Below the pieces are notes generated by a model. That model was not told the origin of the DNA and did no database searches. It worked only from the letters and a program-made list of their open reading frames with translations. 64,000 nt of DNA from a virus. Shown here piece after piece: positions 40,765-50,118 of this stretch; positions within the stretch are counted from its first letter, which is position 1; the number at the start of each line of letters is the position of its first letter. The translations under genes and the position numbers were made by a program. The stretch covers positions 1-64,000 of IMG/VR virus record IMGVR_UViG_3300030430_003122; one strand, written 5' to 3'.

Positions 40765-41721
40765 ATGAAAAAGATTGTTTATGTGACAGGATGTCTTGGT
40801 TTCATCGGTTCGTATGTCACTCGTCTTTGTCTTGAGCGGGGATGGTATGTTAAGGGCGTAGATAAAATTACATACGCCGCGAACAAAAATCTTTTAGATG
40901 AATTTAATTCATACAAAAACTTTTCATTCGTTCATTGTGATATAAATGATTTGAAGTTTTTATATGACTGTGACTATATTATTAATACTGCGGCAGAGAC
41001 ACACGTTGGAAACTCTATCGCAAATAGTGATGATTTTGTAGAGTCGAATATCAACGGTGTTCATAATCTATTAGAGTTGATCAAAAACTATCGTCAGGAA
41101 CACACTAAGATTCCAACCCTTTTACATTTCAGCACAGATGAAGTTTATGGTGACATCGTAGATGGGGCACACACAGAGACTGATTTGCTAAAACCATCCA
41201 ACCCATACTCCGCAACTAAAGCGGCGGCGGACATGTTAATATTGGCATGGGCGAGGACATATGATATTCCATATGTTATTATTCGCCCCACTAACAACTA
41301 TGGCATCGGTCAGTATGTTGAAAAACTAATACCAAAAACCTGCAAGTCTCTTAAACTAGGAAGAAAGATTCCATTGCACAACAATGGCACTCCAGTACGA
41401 AATTGGTTACATGCCGAGGACACAGCGAACGCGGTAATTAAGATTATCGAAGCAGAAGTGACTAATGAAATTTACAATATTTCTGGTGGATTTGAACAAA
41501 GTAATATGGATACTGTTCGTAAACTTATTAATGTGTTGACAGATAGTTCAGATTACGATATACTAGACTACGTTGATACCTCGTTCTCAAGGGTCGGTCA
41601 GGATTTGAGATATGCTCTCGATGACTCCAAACTAAGATCACTAGGATGGGAACCCAGCAAAGTTTTTGATGAAGAAATAATCGATATAGTAGATTACTAT
41701 AAAAATAAGTTTATTTGGTGA
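40765..41721 (+). CDS. rfbB: dTDP-glucose 4,6-dehydratase-like
   Basis: GFIGS, DKITYA, AAETHV, STDEVYGD, PYSATKAAAD, TNNYG. Confidence 0.85.
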   Translation: MKKIVYVTGCLGFIGSYVTRLCLERGWYVKGVDKITYAANKNLLDEFNSYKNFSFVHCDINDLKFLYDCDYIINTAAETHVGNSIANSDDFVESNINGVHNLLELIKNYRQEHTKIPTLLHFSTDEVYGDIVDGAHTETDLLKPSNPYSATKAAADMLILAWARTYDIPYVIIRPTNNYGIGQYVEKLIPKTCKSLKLGRKIPLHNNGTPVRNWLHAEDTANAVIKIIEAEVTNEIYNISGGFEQSNMDTVRKLINVLTDSSDYDILDYVDTSFSRVGQDLRYALDDSKLRSLGWEPSKVFDEEIIDIVDYYKNKFIW

Positions 41722-41749
41722 TACAAATTAAAAAAAGTAAAGGAAATAA

Positions 41750-42286
41750 ATGATGAAAAATGCGTTAATGATGACATGGGAACAATATCAAGATCACGAA
41801 GTAATCTACCCATACTATAGGGTTATTGAAGAAGGATTTAGTATTGATATCATGGCCAATGTTAAGGGAAGAATTCATGGAATTCTTGGCACTTACATGG
41901 AAAGCACAAGAACAGTAAGTGAACTTGATACTTCTTATGATGAGATCATGGATGAGTATGACTTATTGATAATTCCCGGCGGAGTTAAGTCGCTCGAAAA
42001 ATTACGACAAGAACAGAAAGCATTGGATTTCATTGCAGACTGGGACAGTAGAAATAAAACTATAGCGTGCATCTGTCACGGTGGACAGATGTTGATTTCA
42101 TCCAAGATAACTGAAGGTCGTGATGTTTCCGGTTATTACAGTATTAAAGATGATTTGATTAATTCTGGTGGTAATTATGTTGATGCTCCGGCAGTTGTAT
42201 CTAACAATCTCGTTTCATGTCCCCATTACAAGTGGATGGGTGAATGGATGTCATCTGTTTTTGACGTATACAACGAAAGGAATTGA
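41750..42286 (+). CDS. DJ-1/PfpI family protein
   Basis: DHEVIYPY, IIPGG, CICHG nucleophile elbow. Confidence 0.85.
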   Translation: MMKNALMMTWEQYQDHEVIYPYYRVIEEGFSIDIMANVKGRIHGILGTYMESTRTVSELDTSYDEIMDEYDLLIIPGGVKSLEKLRQEQKALDFIADWDSRNKTIACICHGGQMLISSKITEGRDVSGYYSIKDDLINSGGNYVDAPAVVSNNLVSCPHYKWMGEWMSSVFDVYNERN

Positions 42287-42969
42287 TGTTGTCCCACAAT
42301 AACAACATTGTGAAAAAACCGTGGGGTCATGAATACCTTTGTTATGAAAATGAACATGTCGGACTTTGGTTTTTATTCATAGAGAAGGATCACCAAACGT
42401 CACTTCACTGTCATCCTAAAAAAACTACAGGGTTGGTTCTTTTAGACGGTGAGGCAGAAATTTCATTTTTAGCAGATAAACGCACTATGAAATCAATTGA
42501 TAAGTTGATGATTAGGCGGGGACTGTTTCACTCTACTAAATCTTTATCAGATGGGGGGAGTTTTATTTTTGAAATAGAAACCCCGGTGGACAAAAAGGAT
42601 TTGGTTCGATTGAATGACAAGTATGGTCGCACCAGCAAACCATACGAAGACAGCAGTTTTGAATCGGCAAAGAATGAAGATTGCTTATGGATAGAAGAAC
42701 CCGATGTTGATAAATCAAATCACTATGATTTTTCAAATTGTAAATTGACTGTTGAAAATATTAGTAGTTTGGATTCTATTATTGAAAAGAAGGACGATGA
42801 CATTATAGTTTTTCTTCGTGGTGGCATGATTCGCACCATTGACGACATATCTCATTGTGTCACAGTGCCGGGTGATGTTGGTAAAGGAAACATTGTAAAG
42901 AAAGTGGCCCAGCAATTGGATGGGTTGAAACCAGAAACAATCATAATGACAATTAATAAGAATGATTAA
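42286..42969 (+). CDS. Cupin-domain protein (sugar-phosphate isomerase-like)
   Basis: KKPWGHE, TSLHCHPKK, FH, EIETP, DLVRLNDKYGR. Confidence 0.75.
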   Translation: MLSHNNNIVKKPWGHEYLCYENEHVGLWFLFIEKDHQTSLHCHPKKTTGLVLLDGEAEISFLADKRTMKSIDKLMIRRGLFHSTKSLSDGGSFIFEIETPVDKKDLVRLNDKYGRTSKPYEDSSFESAKNEDCLWIEEPDVDKSNHYDFSNCKLTVENISSLDSIIEKKDDDIIVFLRGGMIRTIDDISHCVTVPGDVGKGNIVKKVAQQLDGLKPETIIMTINKND

Positions 42970-43465
42970 ATCACTAAAAACATTGTGTGAAGAGCATGAA
43001 ATTTTCATGTTTGATCTTGATCGGACGGTATTTGATACTCACACGAAAATGGGCGAACCCATTTGGGCAAAACAAATGATAAATCCATTAATTAATCTTG
43101 ATACAGACACTATTCGAGATGATTGTTTTTCTTTGTGTAAATTACAATCTGGTATTCGTTCTGTGTTAAGTTATTTACAGATTCATAATAAAAAACTTGG
43201 TTTTATATCACGGGGTGGGATATTTGATTTGGATTATGAAAAGCAACCCTCTGTTTTATTACTGAAAAATTTTGGGATTTATGATTACTTTTCGTATAAA
43301 AAAATCTTACTATACAAAGATGATAATAAGGCGGATCAATTATCTGAGATAGGATCTTGTGTATTTTTTGATGATATGGATAGAGATCTTGATTCTGCCA
43401 GAAAATTGGGTGGGATCGAGGTTTGTGATAGAAAACAATTTGAAACATGGGAAGATTTACTTTGA
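42962..43465 (+). CDS. HAD-family phosphatase (magnesium-dependent phosphatase-1-like)
   Basis: FDLDRT motif I, FISR, K, FFDD. Confidence 0.75.
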   Translation: MIKSLKTLCEEHEIFMFDLDRTVFDTHTKMGEPIWAKQMINPLINLDTDTIRDDCFSLCKLQSGIRSVLSYLQIHNKKLGFISRGGIFDLDYEKQPSVLLLKNFGIYDYFSYKKILLYKDDNKADQLSEIGSCVFFDDMDRDLDSARKLGGIEVCDRKQFETWEDLL

Positions 43466-45255
43466 TGAAATTGTCAGATTATGTCTTTGATTTTATGTCG
43501 GAAAAATCAATCGATACTATTTTTTCTGTATCAGGAGGGGCGGCCGCCCATCTATTAAACTCTGTTGCAGAAAGAAACGATTTTAAATTCATATGCAATT
43601 ATCATGAACAATCGTGTGCGATGGCAGCAGAGTCTTATGCCAGATTGATGAATAAACCTGCATGTGTTTTGTTGACAAACGGACCCGGATCGACAAACGC
43701 AATAACAGGGGTCTCTGGTGCTTACGGTGAATCAATTCCAATGATTGTTATTTCTGGGCAAGTTCCAACTAACTTATCTTTGAATATTTTATCAAACGAC
43801 ATTAATCTCAGACAACTTGGTGTGCAAGAGTGTGACATCATTAGTTCGGTCAAGTGCATGACAAAGTATGCTACTCAAGTTACAGATCCAAAAAGAATAA
43901 GATATCATTTGGAAAAAGCATATCATCTGGCAACAACTGGCAGAAAAGGACCGGTGTGGTTAGACATTCCATTGGACATTCAGAATGCCCAGATTGAACC
44001 AGAAGAGTTAATTGGTTATGAACCAGAAGATACACCACGTTTCTCATATGATATGGATGAATTAATTCAATTAATTTGTAATGCAAAAAAACCTGTCATA
44101 GTTACAGGTAATGGAATACATTTATCCAATACTGAAAAATTGTTTTTGGAATTAAAAGAGAAACTTCAGATTCCCATAGTTTCGACATGGACATCAAAAG
44201 ATTTGATGAACTTTGATGATGAATTGTTTGTGGGTAACTTCGGCATAATGGGAGAGCGATCTGCAAATTTGTCGATTCAAAATTCTGATTTGCTACTAAT
44301 TTTAGGGAGCAGATTGTCCGTTCCAAATACTGGATATAACTACAATTCATTTTCACCAGATTCAACAAAAATAATGGTGGACATAGATGCGAATGAGTTA
44401 AACAAACCAACTCTTAAAATAGATTTTCCAATAAATGAAAACTTAAATGTTTTTCTTTCCGGTCTACTTTCTAAGTTACAAGACGTTGACTTGCCTAGTT
44501 ATGAGACTTGGAAAAATTTAACACAGTCTTGGAAGTTAAAATATCCTGTTTTCCAAGAGGAGTATAAAAACAACAAGTCTAAAATAAACTCGTTCTACTT
44601 TATGGAAGTTCTCTCCGATAAGTTAACTGAAGATAGCATTGTTGTTACTGATATGGGAACCAGTTTTACTTGTTCTATGCAATCTCTGAAGATGAATGGA
44701 CATAATAGACTGTTTACTTCAAGTTCCCAGTCTTCAATGGGATATGGATTACCGGGCGCAATTGGATCATATTTTGCACAACCAGACAAAAATATTATAC
44801 TGATAGCGGGTGATGGCGGATTTCAGATGAACATACAAGAATTACAATGTGTGGTTCACTATAACATACCAATTAAAATGTTTATTCTCAATAATAATGG
44901 ATACTTAGCCATTTCTTTGATGCAAGATAATTTGTTTAACAGTAAATATATTGGATCAAACACTCAAAGTGGTGTTAGTAGTCCTGATTTTACCAAGGTG
45001 TCGGATGCATACGGTATTAAAAGTTTTAAATTCAACAATAATACCGAACTAGAAAATCATATAGATGAAGTTTTGAATTACGAAGGGACTGCATTGTGTG
45101 AAATAATGATGACAGAAAACCAATTATTGGTTCCTCGTGTTCAGAGTAAAAAAGATAATTGTGGTAATATACAATCAACAACTTTGGACGATATGTTCCC
45201 GCATTTGAGTAATGATGAAAAGGAAAGTATAAAGATGGAAATTAATAGTATATGA
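43465..45255 (+). CDS. ThDP-dependent enzyme (acetolactate synthase fold, YerE-like)
   Basis: HEQSCAMAAESY, TNGPGSTN, GPVWLDIP, MGYGLPGAIG, GDGGFQMNIQEL..NN. Confidence 0.88.
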   Translation: MKLSDYVFDFMSEKSIDTIFSVSGGAAAHLLNSVAERNDFKFICNYHEQSCAMAAESYARLMNKPACVLLTNGPGSTNAITGVSGAYGESIPMIVISGQVPTNLSLNILSNDINLRQLGVQECDIISSVKCMTKYATQVTDPKRIRYHLEKAYHLATTGRKGPVWLDIPLDIQNAQIEPEELIGYEPEDTPRFSYDMDELIQLICNAKKPVIVTGNGIHLSNTEKLFLELKEKLQIPIVSTWTSKDLMNFDDELFVGNFGIMGERSANLSIQNSDLLLILGSRLSVPNTGYNYNSFSPDSTKIMVDIDANELNKPTLKIDFPINENLNVFLSGLLSKLQDVDLPSYETWKNLTQSWKLKYPVFQEEYKNNKSKINSFYFMEVLSDKLTEDSIVVTDMGTSFTCSMQSLKMNGHNRLFTSSSQSSMGYGLPGAIGSYFAQPDKNIILIAGDGGFQMNIQELQCVVHYNIPIKMFILNNNGYLAISLMQDNLFNSKYIGSNTQSGVSSPDFTKVSDAYGIKSFKFNNNTELENHIDEVLNYEGTALCEIMMTENQLLVPRVQSKKDNCGNIQSTTLDDMFPHLSNDEKESIKMEINSI

Positions 45256-45289
45256 ATGTATTAATTATGGTTGATTGGGGTTATTCGAT

Positions 45290-46141
45290 ATGATAGTGCA
45301 AGTTACTCTTACCCGAGACGAATTATTTTTAATTAAAGAGATGTTACCACAGTGGCAAAAGTACGCAGATGCTTTTGTTTTTATGGTTGATAGATCCGTT
45401 GATGGGACATATGAGTTCCTAATGGAAAATAAAGAAAAGTATAATATTCTCAGTGTTTTACAAACTAACTGGGAGATGGATGGGTTAACTGTAGAAACTG
45501 ATGAGAGACAAAGATTGTATGATGAAGCATTCAAACACAGTGGAAAAATCATATGTCTCGATACTGATGAATACATTGATGGTAATGTCACCAAGGAACA
45601 ACTGGAGGATATCTTAGAGGCAAACAAAAATACTGTATTCAAAGCACCGTGGATACAATACACATCAAAAGATACTCATAGGGTAGATGGTCCTTGGAGA
45701 AACAACTACCATGAGAGAATTGGTTCATATCAACAAAGAGGAAAATTTAAACAAGCAGTGAGGCATTCAGAACATATACCATCGAGTGATAATTCACTTG
45801 CGTTTAATTATCCTGATTTATTCATCGCACATCTTCAGTGGTTGGATAAAAAAACTGTTGGTGTTAAACAATATTATTGGAAGATTTCTGATTATGTTGC
45901 ACAAAGAGAACATGGTGCTGAGATCATATCGTCCGCTTGTTATGATGATTCTGTTAATAATTTCAACTGGGAGTATTCTAGTATTGACTTCCCTCTAAAG
46001 GTAAATGAAAATGTGTATGGTAAAAACAATCTAGAGGATAGTTTTAAATACAAATATATCATGGAATATATTAAAAAATATGACATCCCAAATATGAACG
46101 ATTGGGGTATGGGGATTCACTCGGGGGAAATATTCAAGTGA
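45290..46141 (+). CDS. Putative GT-A fold glycosyltransferase
   Basis: RDE, VDRSVDGT, LDTDE (DxD), IAHLQW. Confidence 0.6.
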   Translation: MIVQVTLTRDELFLIKEMLPQWQKYADAFVFMVDRSVDGTYEFLMENKEKYNILSVLQTNWEMDGLTVETDERQRLYDEAFKHSGKIICLDTDEYIDGNVTKEQLEDILEANKNTVFKAPWIQYTSKDTHRVDGPWRNNYHERIGSYQQRGKFKQAVRHSEHIPSSDNSLAFNYPDLFIAHLQWLDKKTVGVKQYYWKISDYVAQREHGAEIISSACYDDSVNNFNWEYSSIDFPLKVNENVYGKNNLEDSFKYKYIMEYIKKYDIPNMNDWGMGIHSGEIFK

Positions 46142-46944
46142 AAATTTTAATAACAGGAGGCAATGGATACATTGCTAAAAGTCTTCATGAAAAATTCTCT
46201 GATAAGTATGATATAACCAGTGTGAGCAGAAAAGACTTTGATCTCTCAGACCCCATCGAAACCTTTAAGTGGTTCGAGGATAAAAAATTTGATGTTGTCA
46301 TCCACACCGCGATAGTTGGGGGAAATCGATTACAAGAAGACGACCATGAGATAACGAAACAAAATTTGTTAATGTATTATAATCTAATGCAAAATAAAAA
46401 GTCTTTTGGTAGATTACTTTCGTTTGGGTCTGGTGCAGAGGTCACAAGAACAAACACTCCATATGGGTTGAGTAAACGACTGATCGCAGACTCTATAGCA
46501 GAAACAGAAAACTTTTACAATATAATCATATTTGCGGTCTTTGATGAAAATGAATTAGATAGAAGATTTATCAAATCCAATATCAAGAGATATATCGAAA
46601 ACAAACCTATGATTGTTCATTCGGATAAGGTTATGGACTTCTTTTATATGGAGGATCTATGTTCTCTCGTTGATTACTACATCCAAAGAGTTTCCCCTCC
46701 AAAAGAAATTAACGCTTCGTATGAAAATAAATACTCACTTCGAGACATTGCAAACATGATAAACCAGTTGGGAAAACATATAGTTCCTGTTGAAATAAAA
46801 AACGAACATGACCCGGAAGTTTATGCTGGGTCTTCTGATCTACCAATTAAATGTGTTGGGTTGTTTAGGGGAATCGAAAAAACATATTTGACTTTGAAAA
46901 AACAGTCTGGTATAGTATGCACGGAAAATATATCACATGGTTAA
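46138..46944 (+). CDS. NAD-dependent epimerase/reductase (SDR)
   Basis: TGGNGYIA, GSGAE, YGLSK, DFFYMEDL; GTG start overlapping upstream TGA. Confidence 0.8.
   Translation: MKILITGGNGYIAKSLHEKFSDKYDITSVSRKDFDLSDPIETFKWFEDKKFDVVIHTAIVGGNRLQEDDHEITKQNLLMYYNLMQNKKSFGRLLSFGSGAEVTRTNTPYGLSKRLIADSIAETENFYNIIIFAVFDENELDRRFIKSNIKRYIENKPMIVHSDKVMDFFYMEDLCSLVDYYIQRVSPPKEINASYENKYSLRDIANMINQLGKHIVPVEIKNEHDPEVYAGSSDLPIKCVGLFRGIEKTYLTLKKQSGIVCTENISHG
46888..46916 (+). promoter_or_regulatory. Sigma70-like promoter for rfbH
   Basis: TTGACT-17-TATAGT with extended -10 TG. Confidence 0.55.
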
Positions 46945-48262
46945 TTTAACATCACAGAAACAACAAGAAGAAATCGCAGAATTAGTATCCAAGTATAGAG
47001 ATAGAAAAGAATGGACTCCGGGTGACTGGGTACAATATGCTGGACCATATTTCACCGACGAGGAGTTTATCAAAACCATCGAGTGTCTGTTAGGTGGTTG
47101 GTTGGTTCTTGGCGAAAAGGGTCTTCGCTTTGAGAGAAAATTTAAGAGATGGTTTGATAAGGGATATGGTGCGTTGACCAACAGTGGATCTAGTGCGAAC
47201 CTTCTCATGATCTCTTCCTTGAAGTCAAAGAGATTATACAATTTCAAAGAGGGAACCAAGATCATAACTCCGGTCGCAGGATTTCCTACCACACTAAATC
47301 CTATTTTACAGAATGGGTATGAACCTGTTTTTGTTGATATTGAAATTGATACGCTTAATCTAAACGTTGATCAACTAGAAGACGCAGCAAAGAGTGGAGC
47401 AAAAGCGATAACGTTCGCACATGTATTGGGCAACCCACCAAACATGGATAGAGTGATGGAGATTGTTCGAGACTATGATCTTATTCTACTAGAGGATACA
47501 TGTGACGCATTGGGTTCAACCTATGATGGAAAACTTCTAGGATCGTTCGGTAACTTCGCTTCTTGTTCTTTTTATCCTGCCCACCATATTACAATGGGAG
47601 AAGGTGGTTTTGTCGCCTGCTCCACTAAAGAGGAGGAGACGGTTGTTAAGTCACTCAGGGAATGGGGACGCGGGTGTTATTGTGCTGGTGAAAAAGCATC
47701 ATGTCTTAAGAATGGTATGTGTGGTAAAAGGTTCTCTCCTTGGATCGACTCAATGCCAGATACTATTTTTGACCACAAATACTTGTATGAAGAAATCGGA
47801 TACAACCTCAAACCAATGGACCTACAGGCAGCAATGGGATTGGTTCAACTAGACAAACTTGAGGAAATTATTGCCTTGCGTAAGAGAAACTATAAGGCAT
47901 ATTTCGATACCTTTCACAAGTATGAAGATTATTTTCACTTGCCCAGACCACAAGATAAAGCAGATCCCTCTTGGTTTGCGTTTCCACTCACGGTTCGAGA
48001 TAATGCTCCTTTTGATAGAAAAGACTTTACTCTGTGGTTAGAGGAGAATAAAATCCAAACCAGAAACTACTTTGCAGGTAATGTGTTGTTGCAACCTGCG
48101 TACACACATCTATATCCAAATATAGATGCCAAAACAAAATATCCAGTGGCGACAAAGGTGATGAAAGACACATTTTTCCTCGGAACCAGTCCTGTCATCA
48201 CAGAAGAACAGACTAAATATGTTTGTTCAACCGTAGACAAATTTTTTGAAACAAGGAAGTAA
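46937..48262 (+). CDS. rfbH: CDP-4-keto-6-deoxyglucose 3-dehydratase (E1, DdhC/RfbH)
   Basis: NSGSSANL, EDTCDALGS, SFYPAHHITMGEGG (His replaces PLP Lys), WGRGCYC..C..C Fe-S motif, DHKY. Confidence 0.9.
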   Translation: MVNLTSQKQQEEIAELVSKYRDRKEWTPGDWVQYAGPYFTDEEFIKTIECLLGGWLVLGEKGLRFERKFKRWFDKGYGALTNSGSSANLLMISSLKSKRLYNFKEGTKIITPVAGFPTTLNPILQNGYEPVFVDIEIDTLNLNVDQLEDAAKSGAKAITFAHVLGNPPNMDRVMEIVRDYDLILLEDTCDALGSTYDGKLLGSFGNFASCSFYPAHHITMGEGGFVACSTKEEETVVKSLREWGRGCYCAGEKASCLKNGMCGKRFSPWIDSMPDTIFDHKYLYEEIGYNLKPMDLQAAMGLVQLDKLEEIIALRKRNYKAYFDTFHKYEDYFHLPRPQDKADPSWFAFPLTVRDNAPFDRKDFTLWLEENKIQTRNYFAGNVLLQPAYTHLYPNIDAKTKYPVATKVMKDTFFLGTSPVITEEQTKYVCSTVDKFFETRK

Positions 48263-48265
48263 ATA

Positions 48266-49651
48266 ATGAGTGCAAGACCAAATGGCGTGACAGTTACACT
48301 GTGCATGATCGTAAAAGATGAAGAGCATATTATCCATGAGTGTTTGGATTCGATGCGTCCGTATATTGACCGATACGATATTACCGACACGGGATCAACC
48401 GACAGAACCAAAGAAATTATCAAAGAGTGGGGTGAGAAGAATAATATTCCCGGAACTGTTTATGATGCACCTTGGCGTGGGTTTGGTAAGTCTCGCACAG
48501 AATCTTTGAGAAACGCAGACAAGGGTGGTGCTGACTACTCTTGGGTCATCGATGCAGATGATTGTGTTCGTGGTAATTTTGTCTATCCACCCCAGTTTGG
48601 TGAACACGCTGCATATACCCTTAAGATTCATCGTGGTGACTTTGAATGGTGGCGTAATCAAATTTTTAAGAACAACATGGAGTGGGAGTATGTTGGTGTT
48701 ATTCACGAATATGCAAACAGTCCTAAACTCGCTGATTGTGGTCTGGGTGTTGCTCGACTACTCGGTGACTACAATATTGACGCTAGAACAATGGGCAATC
48801 GAACCAAGGAGTTTGATGTTAAGTTAGAAGAAGGTCAAACAGAAGAACCCGGAAAAGAATCTTGGAGGAAAAAGTATCTCCATGACGCTGCAACTTTGCT
48901 AGACTGCTTAACCAATCCCGAAAACGAAAATTACGAACCCGACAATTTAAGATATTATTTCTACCTAGCACAGTCATACTTTGATGGTGGTGACTTTGCC
49001 AGTGCGAAGGAGTGGTATACCAAGAGAGCAGAGAAGGGCGGTTGGGAAGAGGAGCAATGGTATTCTGTTCTTCGTGTTGCAATGTGCATGACTAATCTCG
49101 GAGAGAAGTGGCAGGATACTCAAGACGTATTTTTGCAGGCGTATAACCTCAGACCGCAGCGAGTTGAGTCACTCTTCAACCTTGCAAGAATTCATCGGAT
49201 GAATGGAAACCCAAGACTTGGGTATCTTTTTGCAAAAATGGGTGCTGGAACTCAAGTGCCACCCGAGGATGTATTGTTTGTCGCTAAAGATGTTTTCGAG
49301 TGGCAAATTTATGATGAACTCGCGTCCACCGCTTGGTATGCCAATGATATGCAGGCAGGACTTGCAGCGTCAAACAAACTTCTCACCGAAAAGTTGTACC
49401 CGCAAGAGCATCATGAAAGAATCATGAATAACTGGAAAAATTATGTTGCCTATTTTGAAAAAATAGAAGAAGAGAAAAAGCAAAGAGAAGCAGAGGCAAC
49501 TAAGCAAAAAATACTCAATGATGAATCCCAAAAAGCAGAGTCCGCTAAAAGGAAAGAGCAAACCAAAATTCGAGAGCAACAGAAGAAGATAAATAAGAGG
49601 AGACAGAAACAAAAAGCAGCGTCTAAGTCTCGCAAAGCATCGAGGAGATAA
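48266..49651 (+). CDS. GT2 glycosyltransferase with TPR repeats and basic coiled-coil tail
   Basis: LCMIVKDEE, DTGSTD, FGKSR, IDAD, GVIHE; TPR-like YFYLAQSY; Lys/Arg-rich C-terminus. Confidence 0.88.
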   Translation: MSARPNGVTVTLCMIVKDEEHIIHECLDSMRPYIDRYDITDTGSTDRTKEIIKEWGEKNNIPGTVYDAPWRGFGKSRTESLRNADKGGADYSWVIDADDCVRGNFVYPPQFGEHAAYTLKIHRGDFEWWRNQIFKNNMEWEYVGVIHEYANSPKLADCGLGVARLLGDYNIDARTMGNRTKEFDVKLEEGQTEEPGKESWRKKYLHDAATLLDCLTNPENENYEPDNLRYYFYLAQSYFDGGDFASAKEWYTKRAEKGGWEEEQWYSVLRVAMCMTNLGEKWQDTQDVFLQAYNLRPQRVESLFNLARIHRMNGNPRLGYLFAKMGAGTQVPPEDVLFVAKDVFEWQIYDELASTAWYANDMQAGLAASNKLLTEKLYPQEHHERIMNNWKNYVAYFEKIEEEKKQREAEATKQKILNDESQKAESAKRKEQTKIREQQKKINKRRQKQKAASKSRKASRR

Positions 49652-49653
49652 AC

Positions 49654-50118
49654 ATGCCCGCCGGAAGACATGATATAAGTGCCGAACAAGGTGTGACTTT
49701 TAAGTTGCATTTAAACTATAAGGATTCAAACACTAACCTTGTAGACCTTGCAACATATACTGCTAGAATGCAAGTTAGAAGATCACCCGAAGATTCCGAT
49801 CTTCTTCTTTTCGTCACTGGTTCTACCATGAACAATACCACCGGTGTGGTTCACAGTGGTTCTTTAACAGGCGGTGGTGTAACCGGTGATTTTTCCACTG
49901 GTAGTGGAATCGCTGGAGTTGGAGATCTAAAACTAAATTCAAATGCAGACGGATCAACCAATGGTGGAACGGGTGGTATTTTAATTAGTATGGATGCCAC
50001 TAGCATGGCAAATTGTCCCAAAGGAAATCATTTTTACGATTTAGAAATTATTAGCGGAACTGATGTCACTCGTTTGATTGAGGGAAGATTTTCTGTTGAT
50101 AGAGAAATCACAAGATGA
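49654..50118 (+). CDS. Putative virion fibre adaptor protein
   Basis: [28 protein letters not shown] pattern typical of small phage structural proteins preceding fibres. Confidence 0.6.
   Translation: MPAGRHDISAEQGVTFKLHLNYKDSNTNLVDLATYTARMQVRRSPEDSDLLLFVTGSTMNNTTGVVHSGSLTGGGVTGDFSTGSGIAGVGDLKLNSNADGSTNGGTGGILISMDATSMANCPKGNHFYDLEIISGTDVTRLIEGRFSVDREITR

Noticed and set aside
43465-45255. Acetolactate synthase as a branched-chain amino acid auxiliary gene
   Set aside because: No ilvC, ilvD or ilvH nearby; context with RfbH and SDRs favours a YerE-like sugar-branching role.
48258-48265. AGTAAATA as a late promoter for the GT2-TPR gene (similarly ACTAAATA before uvsX)
   Set aside because: It abuts the ATG and is explained by a TAA stop plus an AT-rich spacer; transcription would begin inside the gene.
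31962-49651. Glycan island as bacterial contamination or chimeric assembly
   Set aside because: It is co-oriented and tightly packed against phage genes, sits in the regA-gp43 variable interval, and shares the RGCY/CCWGG avoidance of the phage core.
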